Origin: Ophelia neglecta
Taxonomy: Eukaryota
DNA length: 64,000 nucleotides
Direction of reading: 5' to 3'
NCBI GenBank assembly: GCA_965285935.1
Contig: OZ260661.1
Span: forward strand, 130,820,001-130,884,000
The notes below the pieces were generated by a model. That model ran no database searches. It was not told the DNA's origin and saw nothing but the letters and a program-made list of their open reading frames with translations. Shown here piece by piece: positions 54,875 to 64,000 of this stretch; the stretch's first letter is position 1, and each line of letters opens with the position of its first letter. The position numbers and the translations under genes were made by a program.

Positions 54875-56947
54875 TAGTTGCCTTCAGATATATCTGGGCC
54901 GATTTGACTGAACGAGCATTGTACATAATGTGACGAGTGTGACAGGAAGCTATGATAACATGACAGGGGTTAAGTGTACAGAAAGAAAATGTTCTCCTCT
55001 AATCCCTTCTGTGAATATTAAATACATAGTAAACCAACCATGAATTAATTAACTGAGCGCTTCAGGTGAAGAACCGGCCTGGGCTGATCTGTCAGACTTT
55101 ACCATAGCGTGTTTACAATATCCAATGACAGAAGGGCCTGCTTGCCTCAATAGTCAAGATTTTACCGACCTCGCCTTTTTCGAATACTATACACGAGCTC
55201 ATGTTTATTTTTAAGGGTTTCTAACAGCTCTCGCCAGGGCACAAGTGGCTCCTTCGGAGCCTGTTTTGCCTTGACTTAACCTGTGGGCACTCACAACTTA
55301 GACGTTCTACTTACTGCAGATTGTTGTCATTTATTTTTATTAAAATATATATGTATTGCAACTGAAGTCAAAGCTCTTATGGTCGTCCAAACCGAGAAAG
55401 ATCCTTCAACTAGTGCTATTAAGAAGTGGCTAAAAAAATCTAAAAATATTGTTTAAGTCGACAAACAATACAAAAACGTAATTGGACATTATTGAATTAT
55501 TTCTTTTTAAAAATAATTTGAATATACCTAGACCTATATTCAGTACGGATGCTTCCCTCTTTGATTAGTGTGTGTCACTGACTGAAAGTCAACCCCGTGC
55601 TAGTGACTTTCATATGTTTAGCCGAAAACATTATAATTCAAGTGAACTTTAATTCAAAATAAATTTTTAGTTCCCATTGAGATAAAATACAACAAAATAA
55701 CATGGACACTAACCTAAGTACAATAGGATAATAATGATAATAATAATAATAATGTTAACAACAGTTACAAATTAATAAAGTAAAGGAACAAAGGGGACAA
55801 GACTCCGGACTGGAGTATGGGTCCTGAACTTAGCTACACGAATGAATTTCAAATTAACAAATTAACAGTGAATACAATAAATGAAAAATATGAAGATTAA
55901 CTATAAATATTTCCAAAATAAATATTTCTACATCTAAGACCTAGGAGGAGTCCTGTACTGATCAAATAATTTAGCTATAGAAGTTTATTTATGTCGGTAT
56001 CATTCTATGTGTTTTTTTAATACACAAAGTACCAAAGCGTATGTGGCTTTTGAAATATTTATTTTCTGAATAGGTAAAGCTTTAACGTTGAATAACTATG
56101 ATTACATAAATATGACGTAATTCCAGTTTACCTTCTGATGACTATTATGACAATACTAATCAGGCGTGTATACTCAAGAGGGAAGAACTAACGAATACTT
56201 CTTCTTAGAATACATTCCGATATGTCCATATCCTTATATGGGCCTAGGGGTGTGGCCCTCATAGGCAATGACGCGACCCTATAAACAGTTCTTAGAATAA
56301 TTAGCCTATTTCCGGTTCATTTTAATCACAACTCACGAAGTTATTTTAAAAAGAAGGAATCACAAGCTATGTATGTCCGGAAAGAGCATTAGCAAAATGA
56401 GACATCACGGATAAGATGTCGGAAATGAAAGTATTTTCATCCTTCCTGGGAGTCCATCCTCTTCACTTTCGCAGTATTTATGAAACATCCGTACTGGAAA
56501 TTTACCGATAATACACGGCACGAAACTAAGAGATTATATGACTTGGGCACACAATGCAATGTGTCGGCTACTCTCCTTCTTTTCGGCGTAGAAACTTCCG
56601 GATTTGGGTCCTACCCAAATAAGGAGGGCGCTTCAAAATGGTGCCGACCGTATGCCGAGTCTCTGCTGTCGTCTGCCCGAGAACCGCCTCCAGTTTATAA
56701 ACCAACCGGCCATATTTCACGGGCGAAAAGCCGAGAAAAAGCACAAAAACCAACACCACTGGCACAGATCGGCGTTTTATCTGGCCGCCGGCATGAGTGC
56801 ATCTTAAAATTCTGAGCGTATTGGCCATTCTGTGTGAGGTCGGTGGCAACAATCGTAGGCCATCCTAATCTGGTGGTGTTCGGGAGAGATAGCGGGCCTT
56901 AGGGCGGGGATGGGCTCGCAGAGGGGCAGATAGAGAGAGCTACTCAC

Positions 56948-57023
56948 CTTATCTCGGCGACACACGCCTAGTTAGCTATCGCTCCAATACACAGCCACCG
57001 ATAGCCCACTCCCGTCTTTTATA
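56948..57023 (-). promoter_or_regulatory. Candidate distal TATA promoter plus short non-coding first exon
   Basis: Minus-strand TATAAAAG at 57023-57016 and perfect donor AAG|GTGAGT after 56948, in a CpG- and GATA-rich island. Confidence 0.4.
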
Positions 57024-60000
57024 TGGCGGGCGAATTAAATATGTTTATCACTACGGTCTAATTAAATGATCGATACGGTCGCCATCGATGGAGTGATACG
57101 GCTCACGACGCGGCGGGATAGCAGGGCGCGCCTGAATGTAGTGCACCAGATCACACATATTCTGGGCCCGAATCACTACGCATCACAATGTTATCTGCAA
57201 TAGCCCTTATCGAGCATAAAGGGTGCAATATTGGACATCTATCCTCTCGAAAGCCACATCCCATCTCGCTCGAGATTATCTCGGCCGATGTGTAATTTTC
57301 AATATTTTCTGCCGCCCGATCAATGATTCTCGACGAGATAACTTTACATAAACCGGAACTGCGACATCGAATTGAGACATTAAGGAGCGGCTTTAAATCA
57401 GAAAAATAACCGAAAATACGAATTTGAGAATGATAAACGGGAGGCGTTCGTTAGAGGTTTCCCCCCGATCCAACCCATAACCTTTTGCTCATTCTTCACG
57501 GCAGACGACAAGCCAGAGTAATAAGATTGACTCTATTTCTAGGTTTCTCCCGCCGGGCTTCTCGGATTAAGAATACCTAATAAACAATGTCCTTATGATG
57601 TAATAAGAAGGCCCAGTAGATCGAAATCGTTGCTGATTTACGCCTAAACGCGTCCAAGAAACCTGCTAACGCCGCCGATTGTGATTCAATCCATTATCCG
57701 GGCCGCGTTTAGTCAGAGGGCAGATTGAAATCGGCGTTGTTGATGTGTTTTAGTCTCTGAGCAGACTTGTAAGGTCACCAGCCCTGATACTGATAGTCAA
57801 CATATTTACAAACCTCCATCCAATCCCTGTCGACGTCCATCTTGGCCAGCGGGTGTGTAAAGTCACCTTACCGAACTATTCAAAATCTGGCCTACACTTT
57901 CTTGTTTGGGTATTTATCACAATGAATGCCAAAAATATTTTGTAATGATATTGAATGTCATTCTAACAGAGAAAAGACGATCCGAAAATTATCATGAGGT
58001 AATTCCCTGATTGGATCATGAATGAGAACATCCAAGGAAATGTCTTTTCCTTGGATTAAATTGATTGTAAAAGCTGCGAGAATAATTCGTCCACATAGCA
58101 GACGAGTTTGTTAAATTAACTTACACTCCACTAGACCAAGTACCAGTAACAAAAAAAAATATAATATAGCTGTTGCAATGAGGTAGCAAGTATAAATATT
58201 ATGTGTTGCTGTGTTTCCTCGTGATCATAAATGAATTGTTTCCACTTTAAAAAAGCAAAGAATTTTTTCAGTGTAGGCCTACATGTACATGGCTTGAAAT
58301 TGTGTTAATTGTTGTTCAAACCAGCAATATACGCCTTATGCAAATTCATGAAACCGACTTCGACAAAGGGCCACCTGTGTCTACGATATAGCCAATGTGC
58401 TCTTACAGTTATATATATATATGTTTGTGTGTGTGTGTGAGCTCTTGTTTTTATTCAGACCGCCCTCTCAATGCATTTTTACAAAGCGGGATACTGAATT
58501 GAATCCTACATGAATAGTGTGTTGCATGGCAAATGTTGTCACCAACAAATAACAGAGACATTATGTAAGTTGTACCCGGAGAATTGTTAACTTGTATTAC
58601 AGGCCAAATCCGAAAAAAAAAATCTAGTATGTAGAGTAATGACTATATAAAAGCCCGGAAATGTAATTTCAAAACAAGGGGCCACTACTAAGCCGGGGGG
58701 AGGGGGGGGGCTTAAAATTTTTGTGAACTATATATTAACGTATAGAAGGGAGAGGGTCTAAGCTGGGGTTCGCCCGGGGTCCAGGCCCCCCGCCCCCGGG
58801 GTCCTAGGGCCGTCCCCCTGACGAGATATCCGACAATAATTTATCGATTGGCATGTCAAAAAATTATCTGCATTAATTAATTAGTAAAAACGTCTTTTTT
58901 TAATACATCAGTGCGCTAGTTGTTTACATGCAGCCTTAGTATAATTACATACACTTATTTAGGTAGGCTTGGTATAAAACCGACTATTAATTAATGTGTG
59001 CGTGTGTGTCTAAAGATATATTATATAAATTATCATGACAATCAGTATACAGAATTTACATATCCTATTTTTATATATGATTTTATATCCATGCATGTGA
59101 ATGAATTTCAACCCGTCTCATGTAAAAAACGTGTTACCTGTATGATTGTACAAATATATTTCGCTGGATCCCTAGGAAAAACATACTACCGTTAGGGGTG
59201 TCTGGAATAAAGATATTTAATAATCTTGTGATATAGATATATATTGTTTCCGTTCAGATAAAATAAAGTTGTGTAAGCATAGCATTGGTGTCTTACACTT
59301 TTATGTTTAATATTGAATTCCTAAGTCACTATAAATGTTGTAGATTTATACCCTTTAATACAAAAAAGCACATTATAAATGTATCGATCTCTCGTCATTT
59401 AACTATAGTGTTCCAATGATTTTGCCAGGTTAAAATGCTGTTTCTAGATCAGAAAACAACTAGAGTCGCCTAGATTCGGCGAGGCTCTGAGAGGCGGCAT
59501 ATTGTCGGCCCGGCCACCAAATACTCCAAGTCTAAGCCGCTTTGATATAGCTATAATTGTAAAATGGCGGGCTAGCTTTATATGGCTCGCAGCTGAGGGT
59601 AAATCGACCCGTGTAGTCGGGCTGCCGAGCCTCTCGCCTACCCGGCGCGTCCGACCCCAATCCCCAACCTACATCAATCTTCCCAAATGCTCGGTTGCCA
59701 TAGCAACTATCGGGACTTTTGCCGTTTTGAACATTTTGCGCATTAATCTGACATCTCGCCGTAGTCTCGTTGACGACTGGCTGTATTCTCGGGCCGAGTG
59801 GTTAGCAGGAGGCCTGAAGGACGCACAACGATTTGGGTGGGTCTATCCGGTCTGTACGGCAGAACCACGCAGGGTTAGCTTCTGGCAACGCTAATAGCGA
59901 TGGTGGCGGATTTTAAGACGCCATGATCGCGGTTTTCGATAAGCAGACGACACAGCTAAAATGTCAACTGATAGGATGTATCTGCTCCGGTCTGTAAAGG

Positions 60001-62279
60001 AACCTAATTAGGAAGAAAACATTACCTATTATAAAATAATTTACATTAAATAGTACTATCACTGCCACCATACATAGCATCTGATCATTGATACTTCGAT
60101 CGATGCCATAATAATTATTCACCAAACATGTTACTTCCGATCAAATCAGAGAAAAACAGCAACCAATCCACCATTCTAATTTATACTTCACCATCTGGTT
60201 TCGCAGTCATGTTTCTAAAGGGAAAAATGACAGTTCAAAAATGTACAATATACTTTATCGGAAAATCAGGCAGAAGCACATGTTTCCCCTCGAACATAAA
60301 TGGCCGCCAGTAACAAAGACCTTAGAGAAGCGAAGATTTTTTTTGAATAGTAATCATGTTTGTGGTGTTTTGATACATCCTTGAATGGAATTAGTTTAAC
60401 AGGTGTTCGAGCGATAAGACAACAGTTGGATTTCCAGCACGTTCGGACATCTCGCTAGTCCGTGATGGGGCATGATAAAAAGATATTAGTCTTTGGGCTG
60501 GATGAATTTCCAACGCTGGTCACATTCAGCGGCTATCACGTGATGTCAATCAGCGGACCAATCAGGTGATCAATCGATCAATCAGTATTATCTCTGTCAA
60601 ACGATTCCAGGCCAGCCAGACGCTGCATCGATTCACACCATACAAGCGCAAATAATCCTTTCCGATTTCACTTTTTCATCCGTCGCTGATCCGTTTATTG
60701 CTTTCCGAGTGTGGCGAGTCTGTCGAGTTTGTATTTTAGCAGTAACATCTTTCAGTCATGAGGTGACATCTCAGGGTCAGACCATGTCGTCTGTGACACT
60801 GATCCGGTTCCGGTTAGGAGCATTGATACAATGACATTGATCTGACATTCGGCGGTAAGTCGGTCATTCATATGCGCGGGGGACCTGTAGTACGCGGATT
60901 TGGTAGATTTGCTAACAGAGAGGGGATTGGCACAGGTAACCATAGCAACCAAAACAAAGATCTTAAACTTGAACAGGGCCCAATAGCGAAGTACAACATT
61001 ATGTAGCAGAAAAGTGACATCCCATTCAGATAATAATACGACCAAATATGGCATCCCGTTCAGACAATATTACGGCCAAATAAAAAGAGCTCGATCTACA
61101 ACTTACCACAGAATACAAGGGAAATGCAGTGTTTCCGACCTTATCACTTTTCCCTTTCTGTCTTCAACAAGTGCCCCCCCCCCCAAGCCCCTCAAACAAC
61201 TCCCGCTCTGCATATTCTTCTTCTGATTATTAGTAGGCCTATACATAGTGTCTGTCTATGAGAAGGACTAACTCGTTTTAGAAACTGCCTGTTACTTCCT
61301 GTCTTGCCTACCGCATTCTTTCGACAATGTTGTCCCTGTCAGGCAATAGACAATTTTAAAACTCACGCCATTTCATCCACCCCACCCATCCGGCCCCCCT
61401 GCACCCCACCCCCTCCCCTCCAAAAAAAAACACTTGAGCATCCTCCTCGCGTAGCCCCTGGCCCCACGCCCGGCTAGAAAGAATGCTATATCCGTTAGGC
61501 TATCCCTCCCTCCTTCCGTCACAGGTCCCGTGACGACGTCTGACCAACATTTGCTGCCCAATCCCAACCCCCTCCCCCCCCCCCTTCCCCGTCTTCGCTC
61601 CTCGCAGGCCGACATCAAAGTTTGGACAATGGCGCCCCGTTATCAGCCTGTACCACGACCTCATCAGCTCTCTCGCCTTTGTACCGACCAGTCATTCTCC
61701 TAATAAGATCAGAGTCCCAATCTTCTTCATACCACCTTAATGACTAATTTGCTGAATTTGCAAACACCACATGTGCACATGGATGTCGAAAGCGATATGT
61801 CTTCTCGCCACAAGCCCACAGGAAATCGTCTGCTCGGAGGCGCGAAAATTAGACGGACGCTGTGTTTGGAATCGTCTTAGGAGCTCTCCACTGGCTGATG
61901 AAAGAAGTAGGAAAATGACGGGAGTCGGCTTTGAAACAATCCTGCTTAACTCGGCCTGTCCCGGGGATCACAAACGAGCTAAACACGAACTAATGCCAAG
62001 GTAAACGAATCATAACAGATTGCCTATATGGCCGGGTTATTGTCAGTCCTGTCTCGAGGGACTAATGCTATATTTTGGCCGGTCAATAATTGCACTGGAA
62101 GTGCACGACAAGACAACTGAGAACGGAAATCATCATTTATGTTTTCACAAGGCTTAGCGAAAATCTCGTCAGTATGTATCAACTGTCCATTCTCAGACTA
62201 GGCATTGGGAAAAACATGGCGACGCCGCATCAAAGCCGCAGCCCGCCACGGAAGGACGGCAGCACTGGCCTCATACCTG

Positions 62280-63422
62280 GTGAATCCAGATGTCGTATGG
62301 GTGTGCCACCCCCGGATGTCGTAACAATATTACGTAATCATGAGCCTTACCAATGTGCCGTATTCAGTTGTCGCATTCGTGTGCCGTATCCACAAGCATG
62401 TTGTATATTCAGGTGCTGTACCCAGATGTCGTACTAGTGTGACGTATCCACATGTTGTTTTCAGGACTGTCGCCGTATGCAAATGTCGTCTGCGTGTGCC
62501 GTATCCAAATGTCGTCTGCATGTGCCGTATCCAAATGTCGTCTGCGTGTGCCGTATCAAATGTCGTCTGCGTGTGCCGTATCAAATGTCGTCTGCGTGTG
62601 CCGTATCAAATGTCGTCTGCGTGTGCCGTATCACATGTCGTCTGCGTGTGCCGTATCCTAATGTCGTATTTAGGTGCCGTATACAGATGTCGTATGTGGC
62701 TGCCGTATCCGGATGTCGTATGTGAGTGCCGTACTTATATGTCGTATGTGGCTGCCGTATCCGGATGTCGTATGTGGCTGCCGTATCCGGATGTCGTATG
62801 TGGCTGCCGTATCCGGATGTCGTATGTGGCTGCCGTATCCGGATGTCGTATGTGGCTGCCGTATCCGGTTGTCGTATGTGGCTGCCGTATCCGGATGTCG
62901 TATCCGGATGTCGTATGTGGGTGCCGTATCCGGATGTCGTATGTGGGTGCCGTATCCGGATGTCGTATGTGGGTGCCGTATCCGGATGTCGTATATGGGT
63001 GCCGTATCCGGATGTCGTATGTGGGTGCCGTATCCGGATGTCGTATGTGGGTGCCGTATCCGGATGTCGTATGTGGCTGCCGTATCCGGTTGTCGTATGT
63101 TGCTGCCGTATCCGGTTGTCGTATGTGGCTGCCGTATCCGGATGTCGTATGTGGCTGCCGTATCCGGATGTCGTATGTGGCTGCCGTATCCGGATGTCGT
63201 ATGTGGGTGCCTATCTAGATGTCGTATTTAAGTGCCCTATCCAGATGTCGTATGTGGGTGCCGTATCCGGTTGTCGTATGTTGCTGCCGTATCCGGTTGT
63301 CGTATGTGGCTGCCGTATCCGGATGTCGTATGTGGCTGCCGTATCCGGATGTCGTATGTGGCTGCCGTATCCGGATGTCGTATGTGGGTGCCTATCTAGA
63401 TGTCGTATTTAAGTGCCGTATC
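62280..63422. repeat. Minisatellite, 25-26 bp unit (CCGTATCAAATGTCGTCTGCGTGTG grading into CCGTATCCGGATGTCGTATGTGGCTG), ~40 copies
   Basis: Directly visible tandem array; the 26-aa periodicity of the overlapping ORFs equals 3 x 26 nt. Confidence 0.97.
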
Positions 63423-64000
63423 TTTGTTATTGGCCAAATATGAGTCCTAAGGGAAGCGGGTGAAAATGTCCCGAATTTTGGATCCACCAGCGGCATTGAT
63501 TCCATTCGTAAAAGGGTCAAGCAGTGTAACAAGGCCCACCGTTTTATTCCGCGCAGAAAGTAGGCTAATTCCAGGCAGGTGGCAAGCTGTTTCCGGCATA
63601 ATTTAATTCCGCTCAGTTCACAGCCTTATTCCATTCACAAGGTGTAGTCACCTGTATGCCTTCTGTACAAATATAGTAAAATCGAAAAAATGCAACACCA
63701 AATAGACAAACATCTTAGTTGTTTTTTTCGGCGGGACTCGTCTGGTCGAAGCCAGTTCCTTTCCATAAACCAACACGTATACTGGATATTTTGATACCTT
63801 TAGAAATGAATAATTCAAAGCAGTGGAACGAAATATTTATAGTACGGTTGGGGAAGAAGTCTGGAACTGATGGAATAGGTGCTCAGCAAGGGGGGGAGGG
63901 GGGGGGAGGGGGGAAGGGGGGGGGGGACTTCCATTACCTAGACATACGGGGACGTCCTGCTTCCAGGGTCGCAATTATTAGGTAGAGCGCCTCTATTAAG

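Noticed and set aside
36643-63422. Both tandem arrays considered as CRISPR arrays
   Set aside because: Units are contiguous with no unique spacers, there are no cas genes, and the context is eukaryotic.
62340-63443. Long Cys-rich ORFs (up to 292 aa) resembling keratin-associated or metallothionein-like proteins
   Set aside because: The 26-bp unit is not a multiple of 3, so all three frames give the same cyclic peptide; these are by-products of a stop-free tandem array.

Overview
Eukaryotic genomic DNA (AT-rich, spliceosomal introns, two assembly gaps) from an invertebrate bilaterian; the species cannot be determined from the sequence. It contains one confidently recognisable protein-coding gene, a GATA1/2/3-class zinc-finger transcription factor on the minus strand. 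Five coding exons (31776-31992, 27385-27897, 22103-22248, 17948-18073, 11152-11565) join with canonical GT-AG sites and matching phases into 1416 nt / 471 aa: MEV start, two CX2CX17CX2C fingers, SMVGAMA end. The N-finger exon is missing from the ORF track. The rest looks like a large regulatory landscape with MITEs, LINE relics, a 23-bp G/C-skewed minisatellite and a 25/26-bp minisatellite. Main hunt results: (1) strong dispersed over-representation of GCAGACGA(CA), which is also the core of part of the 26-bp array; (2) a candidate distal TATA promoter and short first exon ~24.7 kb upstream, inside a GATA-site cluster; (3) a dense WGATAR cluster at the proximal promoter, suggesting autoregulation; (4) a possible GATA1s-like short isoform; (5) an orphan 120-nt open exon on the antisense strand; (6) two perfect RFX X-boxes. 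Motif counts are by eye and expected values are rough hand estimates at ~40% GC.
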